Shown here: positions 26,186 to 37,900 of the stretch, in pieces
Position numbering within the stretch: position 1 is the stretch's first letter
Layout of the letters: each line of letters begins with the position of its first letter
Assembly: GCA_964187785.1 (NCBI GenBank)
Contig: OZ076412.1
Span: 61,628,001-61,692,000, forward strand
Source: Amphiscolops sp. MND2022
Lineage: Eukaryota
DNA length: 64,000 nt
Direction: 5' to 3'
Made by a program: the position numbers and the translations under genes
Notes under the pieces: generated by a model
Seen by the model: the letters and a program-made list of their open reading frames with translations, nothing else
Database searches by the model: none
What the model was told of the DNA's origin: nothing

Positions 26186-29100
26186 CTAAACGGCCTTCTT
26201 GGAGGCAGACGAAATTGTAGAACTGCTGCTACCTGCTCGCTTCCTCTGCTTCTTGGAAGGCACCTTTACAGCTGAATCATCAGTGATGGACGAGGCAGTA
26301 TCCTTTTCTATCCGGACAGAACGAGTAGAAGGAACAGCAGTAACGGCCTTATAGGAAGTGAGAAGACTCTTGTAGATCTTGGACCTACCAAACTCATCCA
26401 CAAGGGTCCATGGATCGTAGTCAGCCGAGAAAGCAGAACGCTCGAAAGAGGAACTGAGAACTGAGAATTTCTCTAAATTGGCATCCGAGCAGCAATAGGA
26501 GATGGAATTGGGCACACAGGAAAGGTAACTCTGGCAAGGCACCACTAGATCAGCAAAACGGCCCTGACACCCGGTTGTGTCAACACTCCCGAACAATACT
26601 GGAGGATATTGGGGACTAACACTAGTCAGACACAAACAGCAGAGTTTGAAGAGATAGAACAAGTGCTCATGAGTTTGGAAAAACTCAAGCTCCATTAGAA
26701 AGTCTATAGGAACGACGGAATTCTCCATCAGATCGAAATCTGGGGGATAGTTGACTCGGAGGTAGTCCAACAGAGCCAGATATTCGTCTCGGCAACTGTT
26801 CTCGTTGACGCTAGTGACTCATGATCGAAGCTGGAAAGTAGAATATAGCACATCGAAATGCCGGAGCCCGACCTCAGAAGGCCTTTTGAAAAGGACGAAG
26901 GGGTCAAAAGCAGCCAACCCCTTGATCACTTCAGAGCTCAGACCAGCTTGACTGAGGACTTGTTTGACCAGATATTGAATGAATTGCAACGCCTCTTTGA
27001 CAAAGCTGCTGGTCGTTTCTGCGGCCGTCTTAGCAGCCTTCTCCGATTTCTTGTTTAGTTGTGTGACTTCTGCACTCTGTTTACTGGCTGTAGCTATCCG
27101 GTTTGTGAGGCGGTGCCGGATAAGGAAGTCTTCCTCACTCATGAATTTGCCCTCGCTCACCTTGAACCCGAGAAGGAGGAACCACGAGTTCTCGAGGGGA
27201 ATAGTTTCTGGCAAATAACATCGGGCGCACAGTTTTGAAACAAAACGGCAAACCTCCCCACAGAGGAAGAGTGACGCATCTCGGCGGCCCTGCAGATTGA
27301 TGGCGAAACTGGTAACGTCTGGAAATACAACAGTCGTGATTATGAGAGGAATAGGATACACAAACGAAACAATGTTAATAGTGATTCAACAACTCAAGGA
27401 CATAAATTATCAGAACGACGTCTTAGTGTACCTACATGAAATGAAACCGTATACTCACAATCGCCAATCATGCGTTGGAAGAATTCCAATTTGGTGACAA
27501 AGTAGAAGTCACAGATGATGGACCACTCGAAACTTTGGACCTGATTGTGGACTCCTTGCATTCCTTGGTGAGCAGTGTGTGTAGTCAAGTACTGTCTGAT
27601 TGCCTTCCAATGCTTCACAAGTTCTCGGCAAAGATTGGGAAGGCTTGGCAAGTCTAGTTTGCAGGTGTCGATGGCCTTAAATGAACCGAAATTGTCTCTC
27701 AACTGCACCTACCTTCAAACCTCTAGCTACATGAGTGGACTTAATATACTTACTCGTCCCAGATCAGGAGATTCCAGAACCCAGTCCTCACCAGTAGCTG
27801 CTCCCAATGAAACGATCAGGCACTTCAGGACGGAGAAAAAGTCGATCCGTCCAAACACGCTATAGGTGGGCTTGTGTATCATCTTCTGAAGCTGCAGCTG
27901 CTCGAAGCGAAAGCAACTCTGTACTGCTCGGGGAAAGAACCCATTGTGATCTATGGTTTGGATCAACTCTACCGGACATCCTGAACAGGCAACGATATCG
28001 GCTTTGGTTGAAACCACAGAGAGTAGTCTGGATATCGAACCCAATTCCCCAGTCAGATCAGTGGAGGGAAGCCCACTTCGACACACAAAGACGCGACAAA
28101 GGGAATCGCCTTTCCAGAATTTGACAGACGTGAGCCTATTCACACCCACATTTTCAAATTCGATGGCGAAACATTGGGTGGTAGCGATTTGCTCTGCTAA
28201 TTCACTCATGGCACAATTGAAAATGTGTTGGAAGATGGTCTGAAGAAGAAAAAGATAATTATGAAACGTGTAGGGAATCTATACCATCCCTGAGCAAATG
28301 TTAGCTTGAAAAGGAACCTACTGAAATTCGTTCTTCCCCCCAATCAAAATCGCAGTAGCTGGTTTGATAGTTCGTCAGAGATCCTATTTGAGCCCATAGT
28401 CTGCGGAGTACTCCAAGATCACCGTGAGTTTGCACAAAGTCTCCAATGAGGTGTATTTGTGTCTTGGCCCTTGACGCAGGAGTGACGAGTGTGGTCGACG
28501 TCCCTTTCACGAAGTCGTCGTAGAAAGGGAAGCGTTCTCCAATGTCTACTAGTTCGACGTGCATAAATTTGGGGAGTTCTTTTGCCAGCTCAATCTTAGT
28601 GAGAATCTTGCCGTTCCGCCCCCTGACCCGATGCTGCATTTTCCCAGTCACTGGATCGACGCTTTTGAGGTGTTCATAGCGCCATCTCTGGTCACGTCTG
28701 AGATGTTTTTCATTCTGTGGTGACGCAGAATCTCTAGTGTACCCTTGGTTTTCACAGAGATATTCTTCTTACATATATGGCACCACACCACATAAGGATT
28801 GTGAAGGGGATCGGCTGGCCCGGAGATGAACGAACGGGTCCAGCCAATTTTGGAGAAGAATTCCTCCTTCATGGGAACGCCTCGTGTATGACCGCGCCGT
28901 TTCTTCTTGGGCGACTTGCCAGAGCTTGAAACTAGAGGTTGTGCTGGGGCCGTCTGGGTACGTAGCTCGGAGAGTGTGGCGTCGAGGCTGGACTGCTCAG
29001 TGGACTCAAACCCTGCTTGGGTAGGGTCAGCTCGAGAAGGTGGAAAGCGGCTGAAAGGTTCCTTGAAAGCCTGTGAGATGAGTGCCATCTCACCAGAACT

Positions 29101-30490
29101 GTCGGCTTCGTTGAAAAATTCTGACCCTCTACTTTCTTGGCCAGCACCGGATCCTTCAGAGGTGTCAGTCCCTGATCCGGAGCAGTACCCAGCCCGCAAA
29201 CTATCTTCCGAATCACTTTGCAGCCCTGGGCCGGGAGTTTGAGCCCTTGGTCGGATCTTGAAGTGGTCAGTTCGAGAGCTGGAAGTGACAGGGGCCCCCC
29301 TAATCGCTCCGATTACCATCTGCTCCATGGTGGTGTAAGACATTTTCAAGGTCTCGTCTGTAAGGACCCTTAGGAGATGGTAGATTTGCGGCTCCGTGAA
29401 TGCCACAGTTCTATGAGCAAGCGGGAAGGTGATAGTGCTGGCATCATCATCGAAATACTGTTTCGAAATGGCCCTACTACGGCCGGAAAGTTCCCTGATT
29501 TTAGGGTCCTGAGCTGCTGAAGTGGAAGGACGCATGGAATCAGGAATTGCAGCAAAAGTATCAGTTGATGACCCCTCTCCTGCAGTTTCCGCTTCATTAC
29601 CTATTGGCAGGTAGGCGTACAATAGAGGGGCACTAGCCTGGCTGGATGTGTCGCCAGCTTCTTCAGTTCCAGTCTCATCGCCCAGGCATCTGACCTTTGG
29701 TGTTCCTGTTGGCAACTTCGGGACATCACATAGGGAAGAGCCTTCGTCCGTTTCAAGCTGAAGGAATGAGGCTGCGGACATTTCAGCAGGAGTCACGTTA
29801 GTGGGCAACAATTCCGGTAGTATAGTCCTTGTGGAAGGAGCAATCGCTAGTCCAGTCTCTAGCTGAGTCAAATTGAGCTCGGCGGTCTCACTGGTTACAC
29901 CTGGGATAGGGGTACTGGTACGGAAGAGCGGCGTAGTAATCCGTGCCTCGATCTCCGTGGGATAAGGACCCTCAGTTTTACCCCTCCCAGTCTCTTGTTC
30001 TCCTCTCTCAGAGTTTTCTTCGGTGTGCCCCTTTGATTGCTGTTGGGCCTGCTCGAGGAGCTGAAGCTTTTCATCGGCATAAGATGTTACGTCGACGTTG
30101 CTGTCTGTACTGCTAGGAGACCTTGGTGGCTTTATTGGAGGAAAAGGAGGAGGAGACAATTGTGATCCACGGACGTTGGTGGACGTACCCACAGAAACAA
30201 TCGGTTGTGTATGTTGATCGGGAATGTCCGCTGCAGAGTTGGTTTGTGTTTGCGGTTCGTCTCCTGGCTGATTTGCTAAACAAAAAGAGATGAAATTTGG
30301 CGGTGAGCTTCCTTGAAAGAAATCCATTTTACCGCATTAGAAAACTTCCCACAAGTGTTTGAAAATCTGAACAAAACGTGTTATCCCGCGTTTGCTATTG
30401 GAAACAGGAAGCATATTGTGAACGGATTTAACCCTGATCAAGTTAGACTTAGTTCAAAATAAAAACAAACCAACCTTCAGAAGAAGACAT
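26186..30490 (-). pseudogene. Antisense, multi-exon accessory gene: disordered N-terminus, BED-like zinc finger, hAT-transposase-like body (~1270 aa; one 1-nt deletion and one premature TGA in this copy)
   Basis: Proposed exons 30490-30475, 30275-28322, 28239-27754, 27675-27459, 27318-26186. Phase-compatible GT-AG introns join ORF-track pieces 28648-30327, 28301-28651, 27727-28209, 27394-27708, 26819-27361 and 26186-26770. Zinc finger WCHICKK...LRHHR(T)EKH. Confidence 0.75.
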
Positions 30491-31371
30491 CCTGGGATTG
30501 AATTGGATGTGGGAACGAGTCCTTGTCCGGCTATAGGAGTTGATGGATTTGGCCGAATCCGGCTGGAGAAGGAGGACCAAGAGTTGCTCTGGGACGAAGA
30601 ATCGGCTAAGACGTAACACGTGTAAGAAGATGAGTATCAGTCGGAAGGAAACAAATAAAAGATAATCAGAATTGAAATGGAATTAAAATTGGGTAGAAGA
30701 ATTGAAGAAATTGGAAAGTTGGAGTTCGTGGCTGAAGATTATTACCAGACTAATATCATGGATTATCTACATATTTATTCTGTACATGGAGTCTGCCAGC
30801 GAAGTGTACAAAAAACTTTGTTATTTACAGCTTATTTAGTTAGAGGCCGGTTACGGCCGTTTACCCTGTTTCATTTCGTCGTTTTGTTCAGTTGCCTTAG
30901 TTACCCTTTAGTTAGGATTTCCGCCATCTTGGATTATTTGGATTTATTGTTTTCGCCATTTTTATTATTTAATTTTACAACTTATCGAAGCTTAACGCTG
31001 ATTGGCTGAGGCCGTTACGAGAAATTTTGGTGACGCGTGCCGTTAATTGCTTACAAGCGACCCGTTAATTACCCACTTGAGACGGGTGTAGTTGATATTC
31101 ATAAGACGAGCGTCATTCACACCTCTTCTAGTGATGACACTGATGAGGGGTAAACATCAGGTTATCAAAGGGAGCCGACTAATCATGGAATTCGATCAGA
31201 AAAGTTTACGACGGATCGGGACAATTAACCTAAGGTTCTCCCGCCGAACTGGAAAGTTCGGGAAAAGGCCTGATTCGGCTAAATTCTTAAAACTGACAAA
31301 TTCATTCTGCTATGAACTTCTCTTTAATCCAGTTACTCCGTACAGCTTCAAAAATAGCAAAAAAGATTATC

Positions 31372-32058
31372 ATGAGCAAACACAACTTAGCTAGAACATT
31401 GTTCGATCTGGAGGAATACGACTCAGATGATTCCGAAAGATCAGTAATATACATTTCCAGCAGTGAGGAAGAGTCATCAGATTGGGAAACCGACTGTTCT
31501 ACAGACACGGAGCAGCTTATTGCAAGAATCGAAAGGGAAGTCACCTCCAGCCCCATGCTAATTGGGGGCCGCGTAATGACTATGGAGGAATCTTCAGGAG
31601 ACGAACCAGAAGCTGGCCCCAGTTCTTCCCAGATACGAACAGACGTGACTCCGAAATTTGACCACAGGTACTTTGACCAGGAGATGTGCTATGCTCCCCC
31701 AAAGAAGTTGGGAAAGTCAAGAATAGAGATTTGCAAGACTCTATTACCAGTGCCAGAGTCACCTATGTCACCGCCTGACCATGAGAGAGGGCCAAGTTTG
31801 GACACCCCCCTGATGCAGCCTACCATGGGTGGTTTTCACGCGTCGTTCCATGTACAGAACACAAGGCCGTTCGAGGACGTGAGCAATAAACTGTATTCTG
31901 GCTGTATGGTGTGTGGCAGATCCTCAGAAGCAATAAAGAAAGAGAAGGTAGAATGGTATGTTGCAAGGTCCAAGCCGCGAGGACAGCCTGAGTACATCAC
32001 GAAAATCAGAAGGGAAGCATATGAGAACGGTCTCAACGCCGGGCATTCCTCTTCATAA
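31372..32058 (+). CDS. Accessory ORF of the Gypsy element (env position), acidic/Ser-rich with one CxxC motif, ~228 aa, function unknown
   Basis: ORF track 31312-32058; likely ATG at 31372 (MSKHNLARTLFDLEEYDSDDS); GCMVCG motif; no signal peptide or transmembrane segment evident. Confidence 0.7.
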   Translation: MSKHNLARTLFDLEEYDSDDSERSVIYISSSEEESSDWETDCSTDTEQLIARIEREVTSSPMLIGGRVMTMEESSGDEPEAGPSSSQIRTDVTPKFDHRYFDQEMCYAPPKKLGKSRIEICKTLLPVPESPMSPPDHERGPSLDTPLMQPTMGGFHASFHVQNTRPFEDVSNKLYSGCMVCGRSSEAIKKEKVEWYVARSKPRGQPEYITKIRREAYENGLNAGHSSS

Positions 32059-32067
32059 CACCCGCAG

Positions 32068-33808
32068 TGTCGCAGGCTGCCGCCTGTCACTTCACATTAA
32101 TAACGACGTCAGCGGAAAATCAAGAAATCGTCCCAGGTACCCTACCCACGTTTTAAACTTTCCCTTGTTGAAACTTATATTTATTTGTTAATCACATTCA
32201 TTTTTATTCAAGTGCATTTTTATATAAATGTCCGTGATATTAGTTTGTTAAAATTACGATTTGGAGCTATCCAAATCAGGTTGTTATTTGAGATTTGTAA
32301 AGGAAGTTTTGCTGTATTACGAATAGAGTATTGAAATTTGATCAAAGCGGTAACGTACAATAAGCAGGTTAATCGCGAGAAAGAAACGTGTTCAAGTAAG
32401 AAAACGTCCCTTCTCGGCGATGTAACTTTCAGTACGATTATTAGCCAATCAGAGCTTTCCTTTTGCTAATTATGGGTGCTTTATTTATGATGGCCGGATA
32501 AGGCCAATTGACTAAGCGGTGCTAATTCATATCAGTCCCTCAGTCAAATGGACGGTTTCGGCCAATTCAAGCATAATAATACCGTTGTTGCCTAATTGAA
32601 TCAATACTTACGCGGAGCTATTAGAATCATGATTTTAGTCTAAATAAATACGTTTGTGGTGTTTTGATGTTTGTATATTTTCAACTTGGATAAAGGGACG
32701 GTTGAGGCCTTTTTACCATGTCCTTCATATGCGCAGTACATGTTATGGATTTGGGCCTATTCCGGCTCTGATATGTGAGTGTATTTTCGTGAATATCGAT
32801 GCAGTATTAGAATTCCACACATAGTAGTACATTCCATTTTCAGCTTAATTTGCAGTAAACTTGTGCCGGCACGTGCCTTCATTTTACATCACTATAAAAT
32901 ACGCAAGTGGTGATATTTGTTTACATCACACTTGAAGTAAGTCTAACCGATAGATTGTTTGAAGTTGCTACTTAAAATGATGACTCTGAATACCATTCCT
33001 TAAATGTCCCCCGGAAATATGTAATTGTCGGGGATTTCCCTATGATGATTGTAAAATCCTATGATTTGTCTTGGTCAAAAAATGTGAAAAAATGTGCAGA
33101 GGTATAAATACCCATACCCCTGCAGGAAGGCTCAGACTTTATACTTCTCTCCATTTGATAAAGACGCTCATAATACAAACGGTTTCACTGTTAATTTTCC
33201 TTAAATTGATAATTCAAGTATTCAACCCGGTTCTGTCTTAATGCCTACTACAAGGAAGCAAAAGAAAGCAAGGAAATCTAGAGGATTAGAAATTCTCTCT
33301 GACATTGAAAACCTTGACATAATGTCAGGTGAAAATCATTTCAATGATACGAGAAGAGACGGAAGTCTCGATGGAACTTCCATTAGAAGGCGAGAAAGTA
33401 TTACAAGTAATAACTTGGAAAATGAAGAAATGGATCTTCATTCTGATCATAGAAATCTTGGAGTTGGGACTAGTGCCGGTTACGACCAAAATTCAGCAAG
33501 TATAGATTCTCAAGTTGGAATCAATAAGTTATCGAGTGAATTGAACTCTAGAATATCTAGAGAGATGGACGAGATGATGAACAGTGTTAGTTCTCAGATC
33601 CAGAGAGCCATAAGTGACGCCATCAATAACCAGGTTTTGCCCCAGATTCAAAACGTTATTATGGCCGGATCAGGACAGGAGACTAGAAGGGGATGGGAAA
33701 GATCCGATGAGAGACCGGAAAGTTATTCCGAAGTTCAGTACAACGCGAAAGCTAAAACTACTCTTAATAGTGAACATGGTGACAAAACATACCGTCATGT
33801 ACATGACA
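32068..33808 (+). repeat. 3' LTR of the Gypsy element
   Basis: TGTCGCAGG...CATGACA followed by TSD CAGAA; contains a duplicate gag 5' segment (ORF 33241-33882). Confidence 0.95.
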
Positions 33809-34961
33809 CAGAAGAACAGCAGAACTTGCATATGAAACATCGTGTTCCAGAAGGAAATGAGGCCAATGGCCATGCTCACTAATGTTTACAAGGAAATGAC
33901 CAAATCACGCGCGTCGTCGAGATCCGGACCCGAAGAGGATCCTAGATGTGGCCAGCCCATCGGTTATCTTTGTTTTTGACAGCAAAAGAATGGGATGAAC
34001 GCAACCAAGAATCAAGTCACAAAGAACGTCAATACCCAAAGGAAAATGAAATTCACTTAGTAACTAAGAAGACTCCCAATACAACAAATACCCAAAAATC
34101 GCAGCTTGAGGACAAAGCCTCCAACCAAGAACTAAAATGAAAGCGACATTGTTCTAGAAGAAACCAACTACTACAGCCATATGAACCAAGACAATCAGTA
34201 ACCATTCACTATTATTGAATTTACAAATAATGAACCATTTTTTTTAAATAGGCTTCCCATTTTTGGGTTATTTTACTTCTAGCTAACCCTCGCTTTGGAG
34301 TTTCCGTTACCTTTCTGGGGGTAAATGGCTATGGGTAATGGGTCTCTGCTATCTGGTTTATGTCTGTAGTGTTCAGATTTTCCAGAAACCAAGTTTAGTA
34401 TATTTTTCCTTTTACTGAAAAACTTCTTTTTCTGGGTTATTACAATTGCTACTTTGTCCCAAATGTTTCAGGTTTTTCCCGTTTTTCCAACTTAGAAAGT
34501 AGCAAATATAATATATTCATACCAAAATATATTCATACCAAATCTGTCTCCAAGAGTGATTCAGTAGACGAAGGCATGTGAGTTTTTTTCTTCGTTAATG
34601 TTCACTTTGTTGAGTATGAAGTTGTATGAAGTATCAGCAAATGAAACTTACAAAGCTTCAACCAGCGAACAATTCTTTCGGGAAATTTTTTTTAAAAATG
34701 TTATTGTACATCTGAAAAGTTGAGTGTTTCATCCCAACAAGCCCAATTTACTTTTTTTGACGCTTCTCGACAATCCTGGACGCACTACGAAACACGTTTC
34801 AAACTAAAATCTGTCGTCTACTTTGGGGTAAAGTCATCTGACAGAGATAAACTCTAAAAACGACCACGTATGCAAAAATTCAATTTGTAATAAATTGTTT
34901 AAAGAAAAGTAGAAGTTAGTAATCTTCATTTTTTGAAAGTTTGACCCAAGGATACAGTGCC

Positions 34962-37900
34962 CTAGGATCTTTTCTGCTGTGGAGAATCCTGCTTAGTTGT
35001 GGCAGATTGACCAGAAGCATCATGTTGATCTAAATCAAGAATGAGAGTAAGTATAGTTTCAAAAAATATTGAATTGTGAAAAAGCGCCCCTGTCAAAACC
35101 TACGATATAACTATCGAAAGATTCCGATTCACCGAAAGTGCCTACTTTACAAACAGTCAAGCAGTCAAAAGCGCCCATTTTAAACTATTGAAAACACTCC
35201 AAACAAAAAGGTTATCGTGATTTTTTTAAATCCACCTTTCTCGGTGGATTTTCCTCTTTCGATATGAGAAGTTCAAACATACCAACTCACGATGAAAAAC
35301 CAACCAACGCTTGGTGTTGCTGCGCATAAAAAGGGAAGAAATGCTCACAAACACCAAGAGTTTCAGGTTGACTGGTTCAAATGCTTACTGTGTGATCCGG
35401 ATTTAGTCTATCACGCACCGTTTGGCGAGACATGTTGAAAACAGTGATTAGTTATATGTTAATAGACTCTCAGATTCACAAATCAGTCGTTATAGAAATG
35501 TCTCGACTTTGACAATAACAATTACAAACGAATATTTAACACAAAATTCAAATAGTTAACGGAAGCAGGTGCTTAAGTTCAAATCATGCCCCTCGTTTTC
35601 GAGCTTCTCAGACAAAATTCAAATTTCAAAGACCTTCTCGACGTGACATATTGTAGAAACTTGTTCACATGGTTACATTTTCCCGTCACTTGGCCTAGTG
35701 GATAAAATGTGTGACTCTGAAGCAAGACGAAGTGGTTTCGGATCTCGGGAATGATTTTTTTATTTCGCGAGAATGACGAAGACCCAAGATGAGTTTTTAA
35801 TGTTTGCAGTTAGGGAAAAGTAAGTTTCGAGACTGGAAGGATCCCTTGGTGTAATTTTCCGCTCTGTAAGATTTATGAAGAGTTTTGGCCGTACCCCGCA
35901 TTTTTTCGGTGTCTTTGCAATTGATGTAACTACTGATTTGTTAGCCTCGTTAAACAGGCTATAAAACATAGGTTATAGGTCGACTACGTTCGCTTCAGAC
36001 GTAAAATTATGATGTAGCTAAAATATTCCAGGGCAAAAAATCCCTGGCCTCGTGTCAAAAAAGCGCCCATTGAGGACGGAATGGTTTCGATTCCATTTTT
36101 TGATTGATTATTCGAACTTTTTCGTTGGCATACGTTTATTGGATTTGACATTTTGACTAGATTTGCAAAAAAAATGAGCGGAAAACATTCCGGTACTTAC
36201 CGAACGTGTTGTTAATTTGTTACTGTGCTGAACGGAACTTCAAGGAAAATTAAAATTGAATTAATTGTGGAAGGAAATGTGAGCTGGGTGTGAAAAGAAT
36301 GCTTGAAAAGGCTTGCGATTTTGACAGGGATGCTTTGATCGATGACAATAAGAACATTCGAAAAACAGCAAATGTTATTGAAATTCATTTTTCGACATTC
36401 AGCTTTGAAGATTGGCAACAATGATTGTTCAATGATTTGAAACGTGGTAACTTGGGCAAACATATAGTTGATTCATTGAAATTTATCTTAATTTTATCAA
36501 AAGCATCTTTTTGTATAATAATATTCAAAAGGTGACAGAGGTAGCTGATAACTTGTTAAAAGCTTAGAGTTTATTGGAAGGGAAATTTGAGACTTTCATT
36601 GCTCACCCCTGACCGCGCCCTCCCTCTGCTGAAGTTGATGGTTCTGCTGCTTATTCACGGATGCGGTTGCAACACGTGGTATCCCCAAGAAGTTTCTGCA
36701 TGTGTTCCGAAACGTGATGCTCCCAATCATGTAGAACACGAAGTTAAACGAGTGATTGATGCATGCGCTCAACTCCTGGAAGGTAGAAATGGTATTAGAG
36801 TATCATGCCAAAAAAGCCATAAGTCAGCGCTTCGCTTGATGCTCAAAAAGACATATGAAGGCTGATGCAGGAAAAATATTTTTGGAAAGTTTCCAAAGTT
36901 CAATCAGCTGAACTTCAGAAAATTGATTGAGCTTTGAAAAACGAACGAAACGTAAAAAACAATTCTTTAACGTATAAAAAGTTAGTGTGGGAACTTTAAA
37001 ATTATGTGATATACTGATATGCAGTTTTACGTAGCAATCAGCAAAAATCTTTAAAAAAACTGATTTTTGCGACTAAAAACAAAACACCAATTGAAAATTA
37101 GATATCATCAAGGTAGATTAGTTGTGAGTTTTGGACTGCCCTATTTTATTTGAATCTGAACCTTTTTTCAATTTTTTGCAGTAAATACGTCTATCTTTGT
37201 GAACCAGAAAAAGTTGAAAGAAAGATTTTTTTATTTGCAGTGCTGTAGGGAAACCATTCTGTTTTTATCTCTATAGTTGAATCGTTTCAAAGTTTAGCAA
37301 CCCCGGAGAAGAAACTATTCTCCAACTGGGCTTTATTGCAACAATGTATTCAGTAAATAACTTCAGTTCTTGAATGAGACCTTACATAAGCAGCCGGAAT
37401 GCTCAGATTCTTCAATTTTAGAAGGTAGGGATTCTATTTCGGGACATTTTAGAAAAATGACAAAGCACTTTAGCGCAAGAAAAACCGTACAGGTAGGATT
37501 GATCTTGATTTTCAGGTTCGTAGCGCTATCAAATTAATTACAGAAAAACATGCTTTTATTCCCCAATTAATCCGTTTCTCCATTACTAAAGTACTTGCGA
37601 AGCCACTGATTATACCAATACTCCAGATGACTGATTATTAGAAACTTCAACAACTCCATTCTCACATCTTCATCGAGTAATAATATGCGTAGATGATAAA
37701 TGAATTGTTTGATTTAGTTTATATTTCACTTCATGTTGAAAATACATTTTTTTGAATGTGCATTCCAGGATATTTCATCCATGTCGAGCTTTTAAGTTTA
37801 TGTCCTTGATTCAGCAAAACTGAAGCGCGAGCTGTTTTGTTTCGGAACTTTAGCCAAGAATATGAGAATAATTTTGATTCATAAATGATTAGTCGATATG

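Larger units (their letters stand above)
17841..33808 (+). mobile_element. Large Ty3/Gypsy LTR retrotransposon (15968 bp) with two accessory genes
   Basis: ~1.75-kb LTRs with TGTC...GACA ends, 5-bp TSD CAGAA at 17836-17840 and 33809-33813, gag then PR-RT-RH-IN order. Confidence 0.96.
4500..34140 (+). mobile_element. Old, heavily decayed Bel/Pao element family B hosting two younger insertions (outer boundaries approximate)
   Basis: Fragments at 13581-17835: gag YLKATSRGDA, RT/RNase H (FKDAS, WTDCTVTL, FVANRVAKI, SNPSD), integrase (LDYCGP, AVHLEPV, FSGLWEAAVKS, RWSNEYLTTLQQRE). The integrase tail resumes at 33814 (...NDQITRVVEIRT) directly after the Gypsy 3' LTR. Confidence 0.75.

Noticed and set aside
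27703-27753. Alternative 51-nt intron 2 of the antisense gene (acceptor TGCAG)
   Set aside because: Also in frame, but lacks a pyrimidine-rich tract; the 78-nt version (TTCATTTAAG) was preferred. RNA data are needed to decide.
28907-29242. Plus-strand ORFs overlapping the antisense gene, and many other short shadow ORFs over gag/pol
   Set aside because: Opposite-strand or alternative-frame by-products of real coding sequence, with no independent motifs.
31312-32058. Envelope gene in the env position
   Set aside because: No signal peptide, transmembrane segment or furin-like site seen; the protein is acidic and largely disordered.
26186-32058. DIRS/Ngaro tyrosine-recombinase element or DNA-virus insertion
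   Set aside because: No RHRY recombinase motifs or viral hallmark genes; the region is enclosed by ordinary LTRs with a TSD and a DDE integrase is present.
36587-36865. Plus-strand 92-aa ORF with a signal-peptide-like start
   Set aside because: It is the antisense shadow of GPCR exon 3 (36775-36607).
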